From assembly GCA_040772425.1 (NCBI GenBank), contig JAXGYD010000001.1, positions 1,340,931 through 1,404,930 of the forward strand: a stretch of 64,000 nt of DNA, read 5' to 3'. Positions 48,881 to 58,216 of the stretch are shown here, piece by piece. The notes under the pieces were generated by a model, which did not search any database, was not told the DNA's origin, and was given only the letters and a program-made list of their open reading frames with translations. Both the position numbers and the translations under genes were made by a program. Position 1 is the first letter of the stretch, and the number at the start of each line of letters is the position of its first letter. The DNA is from Candidatus Brevefilum sp. (GTDB lineage Bacteria; Chloroflexota; Anaerolineae; Anaerolineales; Anaerolineaceae).

Positions 48881-49351
48881 ATGGATAAATTTGTCGAAGC
48901 GCATGAAAAAATTGAATTAGCCCCCCTGGACACCAAACTTGTCCTCAAGCTCTGGTCCCAAACCTACAACACCAGCGGCGAACCAGATTGGTCCCATATC
49001 TTCCCCTATTATCACGATCAGGTCATCTTCCAGGACCCCATCCAAAAGGTCGAGGGTAAAGCGGCTTTCATCGAAATGTGCCATCGACTTACAAATCGCT
49101 GTGAATCATTGAATATGAAAATCTCATCCATTGCTGCCAATGAGAATGAAATCCTCATGGACTGGGAAATGACCATGATTTTCCGTAAAACCCCCAGTAC
49201 TACCCTGTTTGGCGCCACCAAACTAACCCTTGGTGAGAATGGACGCATTATCCATCAGCGGGATTATTACGACTTATGGGGCGATATTTTCTACAACGTT
49301 CCCCTAATGAAAAAAGGCTATCCACGCTTCATGAAGCGGGTTTTTGGGTGA
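48881..49351 (+). CDS. NTF2/SnoaL-like fold protein
   Basis: 156 aa whose size and pattern fit the SnoaL-like family. It is the first gene of a tightly packed three-gene unit. Confidence 0.6.
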   Translation: MDKFVEAHEKIELAPLDTKLVLKLWSQTYNTSGEPDWSHIFPYYHDQVIFQDPIQKVEGKAAFIEMCHRLTNRCESLNMKISSIAANENEILMDWEMTMIFRKTPSTTLFGATKLTLGENGRIIHQRDYYDLWGDIFYNVPLMKKGYPRFMKRVFG

Positions 49352-49358
49352 TACAAGG

Positions 49359-50288
49359 ATGAAAATAAAGCTCCCCGAAGAACTACTATTCATCCAGAAC
49401 AGCCGCCTCCCGCAAAAAACCACCAAGGCCAGATTGGATGGCAAGCTATGTGTTATCTCAGGTACAACCTCAGGCATCGGTTATCACGCCGCTAAGCGCC
49501 TTGCCCAGGGCGGTGCCCATTTGGTAATGATCTGTAGAAATCAAAATAAGGCAAGCCGTGTCCAACAGGAGTTAACCGCAAACTTTGGCATAAGGGCCGA
49601 TGTCATCCTTGCTGATTTTCAAGAATTAGCCCAGGTTCGCTGGGCGGCTTTAGAGATTAAAAAAAAATATCCCAAGATTGATTTGCTGATCAACAACGCA
49701 GGCGTGTTTAACCGACAGCGCCGGCTGACCCCCGATGGCAATGAAATGACCTTTGGGGTGATTCATCTGGCCTCGTTTTTACTGACCCATTCTCTTACTG
49801 ATAACCTCATCAAGGGTGCTCCTGCCCGGATCATCGATATCAACTCCGAAGCACATCGCTTTGGCGGTCTAAACGTCAAGGACCTCAAATGGAAAAAACG
49901 TCCTTACATAGGCATCCGCGCTTACGCTGCAGCAAAAATCGCCCAAATTCATACGGCAATGACCTTAGCGTATAAATTACAAGACAGTGGGGTTACTGTC
50001 AATGTCATGCATCCCGGTGCAGTGCGATCCAACATTGGGATGAATAACGGCATTTTCTATCGTCTTTATGCCCGCTTAATTCTGCACTGGTTTCTCAAAG
50101 ACCCAAAAGGCGCAGCTGAATCTATTTATTATCTGGCTGCTGATCCAGCCATGACGAATATTACCGGAAAATTTTTTAATCAAACGATCGAAGAAAAACC
50201 GGCCTGGTACGCTGTAAAAATTAAGGAAAGAGAGGCTGTTTGGGAACAATCCCTGGCCTTGGTACAGCCCTATCTGGAGGAAGAATGA
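49359..50288 (+). CDS. Short-chain dehydrogenase/reductase (retinol dehydrogenase/LPOR-like subgroup)
   Basis: TGxxxGIG (SGTTSGIGYHAA), NNAGV, and YAAAK (YxxxK). Confidence 0.85.
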   Translation: MKIKLPEELLFIQNSRLPQKTTKARLDGKLCVISGTTSGIGYHAAKRLAQGGAHLVMICRNQNKASRVQQELTANFGIRADVILADFQELAQVRWAALEIKKKYPKIDLLINNAGVFNRQRRLTPDGNEMTFGVIHLASFLLTHSLTDNLIKGAPARIIDINSEAHRFGGLNVKDLKWKKRPYIGIRAYAAAKIAQIHTAMTLAYKLQDSGVTVNVMHPGAVRSNIGMNNGIFYRLYARLILHWFLKDPKGAAESIYYLAADPAMTNITGKFFNQTIEEKPAWYAVKIKEREAVWEQSLALVQPYLEEE

Positions 50289-51865
50289 TGAAATACAAGG
50301 TAATTGTTGTTGGCGGTGGCGCTGCAGGGTTGACATCGGCGGCATTTTTAGCAAAATACGGTCAGACTCCCCTCCTGATTGAAAAACAATCCCAATGTGG
50401 CGGCTTAGTGACTTCCTTCACCCGTGATGGATTCACCTTCGACGGGGGCATCCGAGCTTTGGAAAGCGCTGGCGCCCTTTTCCCAATGTTAAGAGCACTG
50501 GGCATCGAGCTCGAATGGATCAAAAGTTCAGTCTCGGTGGGGATCGAAGACCAAATCATTACCATTGAATCCAAGAAAAGTTTTGCGGATTACGAAAACC
50601 TTCTTCAGGCTCTCTTCCCTGAATCAAAAGATGAAATTTCAAGAATCATTGAAGAAGTACGGCAAATAACGCATTACATGAACATCCAATACGGCATCAA
50701 TAACCCTCTATTCCTGGATATCAAAGAGGACCGGGATTATTTCATCAAAGAAGTATTTCCGTGGATGTTCAAGTATGCACTAACGGTGCCCAAAGTTGCC
50801 AAGAAAAATCTGCCCGTGGCAACCTACCTGAGAAAATTTACGCAAAATCAAGCCCTGCTGGACATCATCACCCAGCATTTCTTCGCTGAAACCCCAGCTT
50901 ACTTCGCCCTCAGCTACTTCCGACTTTATCAAGATTATTTTTATCCGAAAGGTGGGACAGGGGTTTTCAGCCAGAAATTAGCGGATTTCATTCTGCAAAA
51001 CGGCGGGGAAATCCAAACGGATACCACCGTCGATACCATCAATGTGCATAAGAAGAGCATTTCAACCTCCAAGGGCATTGAAATTGGCTATGAGCAATTG
51101 CTGTGGGCTGCGGATCAAAAAACCCTTTACGATATCGCCGATCCAGGCGGATTGGCTGATCAAAAATTAACGAAAGTCCTCCGTGAAAAACGTCAACAAC
51201 TCTCTGGGTTAACCGGAAACGATTCCGTACTAACCCTTTACCTGACCACCAATGCGGATAAAGCCTATTTTGATGCCATTTCCAATCCGCATTTCTTCTA
51301 CACACCGAGCCGTCAGGGGCAATCCCGAGCTGGAGAAATCCCATTTCAGGGCTCGTGGGATGAAATTTCTGATTGGTTGATGCGTTACTTATCCCTAACC
51401 ACCTACGAGATTTCAATTCCTGCGCTGCGTGACGCCTCCCTGGCACCGGAGGGTAAAACAGGCTTGATTGTCAGCGTGCTATTTGATTATCATCTGACCA
51501 AGACCATTTGGGATCAGGGCTGGGATGAGCCATTCCGTGAAATTGTGGGCAATTTGATGATCGAGACTTTGGAAAAGACCGTCTACCATGGGCTCACAGA
51601 TGCTGTGATCGATAAATTCATCGCCACCCCCCTAACCCTAGCGCGCCGAACTGGTAACACCCATGGCGCAATTACCGGCTGGGCTTTTTCCAATATAACC
51701 ATGCCGTCAGAAAATCGATTGGTTAAGATCAGCAATGCGGTCAACACACCCTTGCCAAACGTGTTCCAAGCCGGTCAGTGGACCTACAGCCCATCGGGAT
51801 TTCCAGTGGCATTGATCACTGGCAAAATCGCGGCGGATAAGATTGATAAGCAATTGAAGAAGTGA
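50285..51865 (+). CDS. FAD-dependent oxidoreductase, phytoene desaturase/RetSat-like family
   Basis: Dinucleotide-binding motif VIVVGGGAAGLTSA. Length is about 526 aa. The ATG at 50285 overlaps the SDR stop codon. Confidence 0.85.
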   Translation: MMKYKVIVVGGGAAGLTSAAFLAKYGQTPLLIEKQSQCGGLVTSFTRDGFTFDGGIRALESAGALFPMLRALGIELEWIKSSVSVGIEDQIITIESKKSFADYENLLQALFPESKDEISRIIEEVRQITHYMNIQYGINNPLFLDIKEDRDYFIKEVFPWMFKYALTVPKVAKKNLPVATYLRKFTQNQALLDIITQHFFAETPAYFALSYFRLYQDYFYPKGGTGVFSQKLADFILQNGGEIQTDTTVDTINVHKKSISTSKGIEIGYEQLLWAADQKTLYDIADPGGLADQKLTKVLREKRQQLSGLTGNDSVLTLYLTTNADKAYFDAISNPHFFYTPSRQGQSRAGEIPFQGSWDEISDWLMRYLSLTTYEISIPALRDASLAPEGKTGLIVSVLFDYHLTKTIWDQGWDEPFREIVGNLMIETLEKTVYHGLTDAVIDKFIATPLTLARRTGNTHGAITGWAFSNITMPSENRLVKISNAVNTPLPNVFQAGQWTYSPSGFPVALITGKIAADKIDKQLKK

Positions 51866-51886
51866 GAAAAATTAGGGGGAGAGAAT

Positions 51887-51942
51887 GGTGAGTGGTGAAT
51901 TGTGAATGTTGAATAATAATTATCGTAGGGTGGGTTGGTTAT
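51887..51942. repeat. Degenerate heptanucleotide tandem array (GGTGART-like units)
   Basis: The units ggtgagt ggtgaat tgtgaat gttgaat aataatt atcgtag ggtgggt tggttat are read in a fixed 7-nt phase. Confidence 0.55.
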
Positions 51943-52035
51943 CAATTTCCACAATAAGACAGAGTCGTTATGCAAATGCAATCACGATTAAAACTTACTT
52001 CTGTAACCCACCATATAACAAAATTCTTAATCATG
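51921..52035. repeat. ~120-nt intergenic element, copy A (GTGGGTTGG ... AACCCACCA)
   Basis: Collinear blocks are shared with 53055-53180: atcgtaNNgtgggttggtta, aagaca, caaatg, ttctgYaacccacca, ataacaa..ttcttaat. Confidence 0.6.
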
Positions 52036-52073
52036 CAACGGCGGAGCAATTTCCTCCCAACTGCCCATCATGT

Positions 52074-52982
52074 TTACACAGGAGCCGCTAAAACAAACCT
52101 GAAGAGGCCGGTGATTTGACCGATTGATGAAACATCCTCATCCATAAGAAACTTTCTTTCGATCTCTTGTGGGGATAAGTACTCAACCAAGCTCAGGTGA
52201 TGCTTATCTAAAAAGGTCTCAATTTGACCTTCAGGGATGGAAAACATCATTTTTTCATCGGGATGGGCAGCTCGCATCGATTGATAGAATTCCTTTGCCC
52301 CATAATATTCCTGCAAGTCCTCATCCTTGATTGAAACCATGGTATCAAAAGCAATCAGACTGTCTTTACCTGTCAGAATTTTGAAAGTATCCAAAGTAGC
52401 CGCAACTGAGTCTGGGTCAAGGTAATAAGTGACGCCTTCCCAGAGAAATAAAGCACTGGTTTGTTTCTTGAAACCGGCTTGAATCAGAACATCTGAGAGG
52501 GATTCCCGGTTGAAATCGATCGGAATAAATTTAAACTTGTCAGGGGTTTTGATTTTCGCTTTCTTCAGGCATTTCTTTTTTCTTTCCTGCGTTGGCGAAC
52601 TATCCAACTCAAAGATTTTCGTGCTTTGGTTCAGCTTGGCAAAGCGAAACGCACGCGAATCATAACCAGCACCAAGTATTACGATCTGGTGTGACCTCTC
52701 TATCAAAGCATTGATAAACAATTGATCAAAATAAGCTGTCCTGGCAATGAGATAGGCGTTTAATCCTGGAAAAGCAGTCTCTAATTTATCCCACGTATTT
52801 TTTTGGACCTTAGGAAATTTCAAGAAAAGTCTATAAATAGATGGCAAAAACACTTCTGCCAAATCATCCGGTCCAAAAACCTTGTTTTGGTAAATTTTAT
52901 GCGCAAGCGCACGGCGAAGGGCATTAAAAAATGCAGTTTGAGAAGGTTTTTGTTCAATGACGTTGGTTTCCACCATTATCAA
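52074..52982 (-). CDS. Class I SAM-dependent methyltransferase, LCM/TIGR00027-like O-methyltransferase family
   Basis: VILGAGYDSRAFRF motif. The N-terminal region and 302-aa length are typical of the family. Confidence 0.8.
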   Translation of the reverse strand: MIMVETNVIEQKPSQTAFFNALRRALAHKIYQNKVFGPDDLAEVFLPSIYRLFLKFPKVQKNTWDKLETAFPGLNAYLIARTAYFDQLFINALIERSHQIVILGAGYDSRAFRFAKLNQSTKIFELDSSPTQERKKKCLKKAKIKTPDKFKFIPIDFNRESLSDVLIQAGFKKQTSALFLWEGVTYYLDPDSVAATLDTFKILTGKDSLIAFDTMVSIKDEDLQEYYGAKEFYQSMRAAHPDEKMMFSIPEGQIETFLDKHHLSLVEYLSPQEIERKFLMDEDVSSIGQITGLFRFVLAAPV

Positions 52983-53054
52983 CCTTTCGTATTTGAATAA
53001 TTAAAATTTATCCTGTTAAATCAGCACTCGCAAAAACGGTGTAAAGATAATTTA

Positions 53055-53191
53055 AAAATCGTATTGTGGGTTGGTTAAATATAACATATCACAAAAAGAC
53101 ATCATCAATTTACAAATGAAACTACCCTTTAGACTAATTTCTGCAACCCACCACCAAATGAATAACAATTCTTAATATCTTGGTGGGTTGC
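53055..53191. repeat. ~120-nt intergenic element, copy B, plus an extra 11-bp perfect inverted repeat
   Basis: Same block order as copy A. In addition, gcaacccacca (53143-53153) pairs with tggtgggttgc (53181-53191). A further caacccaccc lies at 53257. Confidence 0.6.
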
Positions 53192-53277
53192 ATATCTATC
53201 TGAATTGACCACTTGTTTTTGAAAAATCCAAGTTCTGAATCGATTCATTTCAATCTCAACCCACCCTAAACAAAACA

Positions 53278-54969
53278 CTATGGTTGCAATTTGAGGATGA
53301 ATTGCGACCAGGGTTCGATCACCTCGGGCAGGACATATTCATCCAACGCGCCATTTTCATCAAACACAATCGAGCCAAACTCTCCCGACCCCATTTGCAA
53401 TTCAATTTCATATTCCCCTGACAGCGGACTTTCTTCCATTGATAAAGTACAATTTTCCTGCGCCTGGCGGCCAAGGTTGGCAAGTACAATAATTGCCTCC
53501 TCCCCATCCACCCGCAAGATAGGATAAAGCAACCGGCAGGATGTGCTGAACGGCAGGTAATCGCCTGTTTGCAGCGCGGTGTGTTCATTGCGCAAATGGA
53601 CCAGGCTGCGGTAATGATTCAAGAGTGAGAGCTTGTCCTCATCTTGGGCAGCGACATTGATAGACTTGAAGTTGGCATTGGCGGGTTGCCAGGAAACCCC
53701 AGTGGTGAAACCTGTCTTGACTTCGCCTGTCCACTGCATCGGTGTACGCAAGAGCTCATCCGGTTTATTGCCGGTCATGCCGATCTCTTCCCCGTAGTAA
53801 ATAAAGGGCGTTCCCGGCCCCGACAGGTAGACAAAGGCTGTTAATTTGGCTTTATCCTGGTTTTCATTCAATAGGGACATCACCCGCTGTTGATCGTGAT
53901 TGGATAGAAAAGTGCTGAAATTCAGCGTTGGGAAATATTCCAAGGTGGAAAGATAGGAGGCCATAATCCGGTCAGGGTTGGCAGAATAGAGCGAATTTTT
54001 GATATCCTCCGCCAAATCAAACATGAACAGCGTGTCCATCCCATCTCCATACCTGGCGGTCACTTGCAGATCCGTCCATACCTCCCCAACTGTGAAGGCT
54101 TCTGGATCGATCGCTTTGTAGAATTCCCGCCAATCCTCAAACCACTGGATCGTCTCGGCGGTGTCCTGCTGGACCTGGCCATCCGCAAAGAGATACCGGG
54201 CAGCATCGACGCGGAAGCCGTCCACCCCCACCTCCTCCAACCAGAATTTCGAAACATTCATCATCTCTGCGCTGACGTCGGGGTTATCGTAATTTAAATC
54301 TGGCATGCCGCCCCAGAAGACTCCGTAATAGTACATGCCGTTGCCAGCGTTGCGGTGCCAAACATCCTGAAACCACGGCCCGGGCGTCTGCGGATCGGTC
54401 TCAGACCACACGTACCAATCATGGTATTCAGAGTTTGGGTCTATGGAGGCCCTGAACCAGGGGTGCTCCGTGGACGTGTGATTGAGGACAAGGTCCATGA
54501 TGATCGCAATGCCCCGTTCTTCTGCTGCTGCTAATAAGGCTTTGAAGTCTTCCATCGTCCCGTAATCAGGGTTAACCGCATAGTAATCCGTCACATCATA
54601 GCCATGGTAGGAAGGCGAGGGGTTGATCGGCATCAGCCAGATGCCCGTAATCCCCAGGTCATCGTTGGTGGATAGGTCGCCATCATTCAAATAATCCAGT
54701 TTCTCGATGATACCCCGGAAGTCACCGATCCCGTTCCCATCACTATCATAAAAGCTGCGCACAAAAATCTCGTAAAAGACCCGTTCCTGCCACCACGGGT
54801 TCTCCGCTGCTGTCTCCTCGGGTGTGGGCGAAGGCGCTGGCAAAGTGGCTGTCGGGGGTGTATCAGTCTCTTCTGGGGCTTGTGTGAGTGTTTCTGTCCT
54901 TGAACTGCAACCCATTAAAAATCCTAACAATAATGTGACGGTAAGAAATTTTTTCATGTGGATTTTCAT
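53278..54969 (-). CDS. GH13 alpha-amylase family glycoside hydrolase, lipoprotein
   Basis: GH13 regions DLVLNH, GFRVDAARY, GEVW and FLSNHDQ. Lipobox LLGFLMGCS. The start is set at the ATG at 54969, with GGTGAGG upstream. Confidence 0.9.
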   Translation of the reverse strand: MKIHMKKFLTVTLLLGFLMGCSSRTETLTQAPEETDTPPTATLPAPSPTPEETAAENPWWQERVFYEIFVRSFYDSDGNGIGDFRGIIEKLDYLNDGDLSTNDDLGITGIWLMPINPSPSYHGYDVTDYYAVNPDYGTMEDFKALLAAAEERGIAIIMDLVLNHTSTEHPWFRASIDPNSEYHDWYVWSETDPQTPGPWFQDVWHRNAGNGMYYYGVFWGGMPDLNYDNPDVSAEMMNVSKFWLEEVGVDGFRVDAARYLFADGQVQQDTAETIQWFEDWREFYKAIDPEAFTVGEVWTDLQVTARYGDGMDTLFMFDLAEDIKNSLYSANPDRIMASYLSTLEYFPTLNFSTFLSNHDQQRVMSLLNENQDKAKLTAFVYLSGPGTPFIYYGEEIGMTGNKPDELLRTPMQWTGEVKTGFTTGVSWQPANANFKSINVAAQDEDKLSLLNHYRSLVHLRNEHTALQTGDYLPFSTSCRLLYPILRVDGEEAIIVLANLGRQAQENCTLSMEESPLSGEYEIELQMGSGEFGSIVFDENGALDEYVLPEVIEPWSQFILKLQP

Positions 54970-55154
54970 TAAGCCCTCACCTTTAACGACGTTGTGGAAT
55001 GAATCAAGATAAAATAACGCATACTTTGCCGTGGTAAATACCATGGATTTTTTTTATAATTATAAACGAAACAAAAAAAGACTGCTCAAATCGACTTGCG
55101 ACTCAAACAGTCTAAATATTTTCGCTTGCTAATTTTATGGGAATAAAGAAGCTT

Positions 55155-55685
55155 TTAAGCCTCTTTTAGGGCTTTGATCAGTTCCCGACAGTAATCGGGG
55201 ATATCGGGCACGACGCGGCCCCAGACGATGTTGCCGCTGCGGAATGCTGATTCATTTCGCCAGGTCGCCCCAGCATTGATCAGGTCATCCTTAATCCCAC
55301 CTGAACCAGTTGAATCATGCCCTTTCACAATCCCAGCGCTGATGCCCACCAACCCAGCATGACAGATCATACCGATGATCTTGCCGGCATCGTACATCTC
55401 CTTGACGATCTGCTTGACGGCATCGATGCGGCGGATCTTATCCGGCGCCCATCCACCGGGAATGATCACAGCGTCAAAAGCTTGAGGATCGACCTCATCA
55501 AAACCGACATCAGCGGTGGCGTCCATGCAGTTGCCATGTTTGCCAAAATAGGATTTACCCGCTTTTTCGCCAGCGACCACCACCTTGGCGCCCTCTTCCT
55601 GCATGCGCATATTGGGGACATAAAACTCCAGCTCCTCAAAGCCGGGTCCGAGTAAAATCAGAATTTTCTTGCCTTCAAGTGTCAT
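55155..55685 (-). CDS. DJ-1/PfpI family protein
   Basis: Nucleophile elbow ICHAG and IIPGGWAP. Length is 176 aa. Confidence 0.88.
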   Translation of the reverse strand: MTLEGKKILILLGPGFEELEFYVPNMRMQEEGAKVVVAGEKAGKSYFGKHGNCMDATADVGFDEVDPQAFDAVIIPGGWAPDKIRRIDAVKQIVKEMYDAGKIIGMICHAGLVGISAGIVKGHDSTGSGGIKDDLINAGATWRNESAFRSGNIVWGRVVPDIPDYCRELIKALKEA

Positions 55686-55844
55686 CGTTTCGCTCCTTGT
55701 TTGTGTTTTGGTTGTTAAAATAATTCTATCGATTCAGACAGAAATAGTCAAAAATCGTTAAAGGCTCCTACTAATTCATGATAAGATTCAATACAAACCA
55801 AAATCACTTTTATTTTCATGGAGTCCTTACCCAGGAGCAACAAA

Positions 55845-57608
55845 ATGTTTTTCAAACGTTTTCGGGTTGAAATCTTTCTCTTATCTTTTTTATTCCTCAT
55901 CTATCTGGTGGCTTGCAGCAAAACCACACCTCCCACACCCACCCCCGTCGTCGATCCAACATCAACTGCGACGGGTGAAGTCGTTATATCGGAACCCACC
56001 GCCTCAGACCCCACAATATTACCACCTGATCGTGAGCTTCAGCCGGCGCAAGGTGGTCCACTTTCAGCTTTCACCACAACGGATTTTTCTGGTCCTAGCG
56101 TATGCGCCCGATGTCACATTGGTCTGCAAGATCAATCCGGCGCTGATGTATCCATGCCAATCGATTGGCGTTCCACCATGATGGCCAACGCGGGAATTGA
56201 CCCGGTTTGGCAGGCAAAGGTCAGCTCAGAGGTGGCACGCTTGCCAGAGCTCCAAGCAGTGATTGAAAAGAAATGCACCACCTGCCATATGCCGATGGCT
56301 GAGACCCAAGCCATCACCGATGGCATGGCTGTCAGTGCTTTAGGCGATGGCTTCTACAACCAGGATCATCCCTTGCACGCTGCCGCAATCGACGGCGTTT
56401 CCTGTACCCTCTGTCACCAGGTCGCCGATCAGAACCTGGGGACTATGGAAGGCTTTAGCGGCGGTTACTTTATCGATACAAGCACCAATGCCCCCAATCG
56501 CTTGATTTACGGCCCCTACACCAATCCCTTCGGGATGCCTATGCAAAATCAAAGTGGGTTCGCCCCCGTCTATGGAGAACATATGCTTTCTGCTGAACAC
56601 TGTGCCACCTGCCATAACCTCTATACGCCCTATGTGGATGCGCAGGGCACTGTTTTGGGGGAATTCCCGGAGCAAACCCCCTATACTGAATGGGCTTATA
56701 GCGATTTTGGCGACGATAATCAATCATGCCAAAGTTGTCACATGCCCCTGGCCAAAGGTGGCGTGGTGATTTCTCAGATGCCCAACCGCTTAGCCCCCCG
56801 TGAACCCTTTTTCAAGCATTATTTCGTGGGTGGTAATTATTTAATGCTGCAAATACTGGCCGATTGGGGCGGAGAACTTGAAGTCAGCGCAAACCAGGCG
56901 GAACTAAGCACGACCCAATCCCGGGTGTTAGACCAAGTCGAGAACAACACCGCCCAGTTAAGCATCCAAGAAGCGACCCTTGCAGGGGACACCCTGACAG
57001 CCATCCTCCAGGTGGATATTCTGACCGGACACAAGTTCCCCACCAGCTTCCCATCCCGCCGCGCCTGGCTGCATGTGACGGTCACGGATGCCAGGGGCGA
57101 GGTGGTTTTTGAGTCAGGCAAACCGAACGCAGACGGCACCATCACAGGTAATGCTGCGGACTCTGACGATACAACCTATGAACCGCATTATGACCTGATC
57201 ACCCAGGCGGACCAGGTGCAGATTTATGAAGCAATCATGGCGAACAGCGACGGTGAGGTCACATACACACTGCTGCGAGCCGCCGCTTATGCCAAGGATA
57301 ACCGTTTGGTCCCCCCAGGGACGCCAAAAGCCGATCTTCCCCCGGATATTGCCGTGTATGGAAAAGCAGCCTCAGACAGCAACTTCGACAACGGGGCGGA
57401 TACCATTTCCTACCAAATCGGTGTCAACGGCGCTGAGGGACCTTTTACACTGACTGCTGAACTGCTATACGAAACCCTATCCTACAGGTTTGTTCAGGAT
57501 TTGTTAAAGGATGAAACATCCCTCACCAATCGCTTTGGGACCTACTATGCCATGGCTGATAAAACGCCTCTACTGGTGGCATTTATTGCCCCGACGACGA
57601 TCAGGTAG
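55845..57608 (+). CDS. Multiheme (five CxxCH) c-type cytochrome lipoprotein
   Basis: CARCH, CTTCH, CTLCH, CATCH and CQSCH. Lipobox LVACS followed by a Pro/Thr-rich linker. AGGAG lies 8 nt upstream of the ATG at 55845. Confidence 0.85.
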   Translation: MFFKRFRVEIFLLSFLFLIYLVACSKTTPPTPTPVVDPTSTATGEVVISEPTASDPTILPPDRELQPAQGGPLSAFTTTDFSGPSVCARCHIGLQDQSGADVSMPIDWRSTMMANAGIDPVWQAKVSSEVARLPELQAVIEKKCTTCHMPMAETQAITDGMAVSALGDGFYNQDHPLHAAAIDGVSCTLCHQVADQNLGTMEGFSGGYFIDTSTNAPNRLIYGPYTNPFGMPMQNQSGFAPVYGEHMLSAEHCATCHNLYTPYVDAQGTVLGEFPEQTPYTEWAYSDFGDDNQSCQSCHMPLAKGGVVISQMPNRLAPREPFFKHYFVGGNYLMLQILADWGGELEVSANQAELSTTQSRVLDQVENNTAQLSIQEATLAGDTLTAILQVDILTGHKFPTSFPSRRAWLHVTVTDARGEVVFESGKPNADGTITGNAADSDDTTYEPHYDLITQADQVQIYEAIMANSDGEVTYTLLRAAAYAKDNRLVPPGTPKADLPPDIAVYGKAASDSNFDNGADTISYQIGVNGAEGPFTLTAELLYETLSYRFVQDLLKDETSLTNRFGTYYAMADKTPLLVAFIAPTTIR

Positions 57609-57685
57609 ACAATATTTTTTAAAAGGAAAAAACAGTATACTGAGACAAGACAGTCATTAACCAGTAATTATAAGAAGGAGCAAGA

Positions 57686-58012
57686 ATGAACAAAAGATTA
57701 AAAGAAGCACTGATTGGCGGCGCTTTGCTGGGCATTGTCTGCGTGGTGGGGGCGTATATTCGCTCTGGTTCAAGCGCCTCACCCACTTTTGTGTTCTCGC
57801 TCTGGTACAACCGGGTAATTATTGGTCTGGCTGTGGGAGCGCCCTGGAAGGCAACCAGTAGGAGCAAAGCTTTGCTGCGTGGAGCATTACTAGGGCTTTT
57901 GGTTTCATTCGCTTTTTACAGCTCGACAGGATTTCAGGACCATATTAGTTTCGTGGCTGGTATTTTATATGGTGCGCTCATTGAAGTATGGCTTACGAGA
58001 TCTAAAAAATAA
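57686..58012 (+). CDS. Small membrane protein, hypothetical
   Basis: Strong RBS AAGGAG, 108 aa and 3-4 predicted TM helices. Lies 78 nt downstream of the cytochrome gene. Confidence 0.6.
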   Translation: MNKRLKEALIGGALLGIVCVVGAYIRSGSSASPTFVFSLWYNRVIIGLAVGAPWKATSRSKALLRGALLGLLVSFAFYSSTGFQDHISFVAGILYGALIEVWLTRSKK

Positions 58013-58187
58013 CTGGCATAGTATAAACCCAAATAAAATTCCGAAAAATAAATTCTCTTATACAGATCAATATGAGGCAATTAGAGGATTTGAGATTCTC
58101 AAAACCAAAGTGATAATAGATGGAATAATCGGGAAAATCAGCGTTTTAATACCAAGAGCTAGAATCCCATAAATTCTTAAAATAAAA

Positions 58188-58208
58188 ATCCCCCGATTTT
58201 CGGGAGAT
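58188..58208 (-). terminator. Hairpin with T-tract downstream of tRNA
   Basis: Read on the minus strand it is atctcccg aaaa tcgggggat followed by ttttatttt. The stem has one mismatch. Confidence 0.55.
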
Positions 58209-58216
58209 TTCGTAGG

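Noticed and set aside
57969-58172. 67-aa plus-strand ORF between the small membrane protein and the tRNA.
   Set aside because: The DNA is very AT-rich, there is no RBS, the composition is Lys/Ile/Asn-rich as expected for random AT-rich sequence, and it overlaps the end of the preceding gene.
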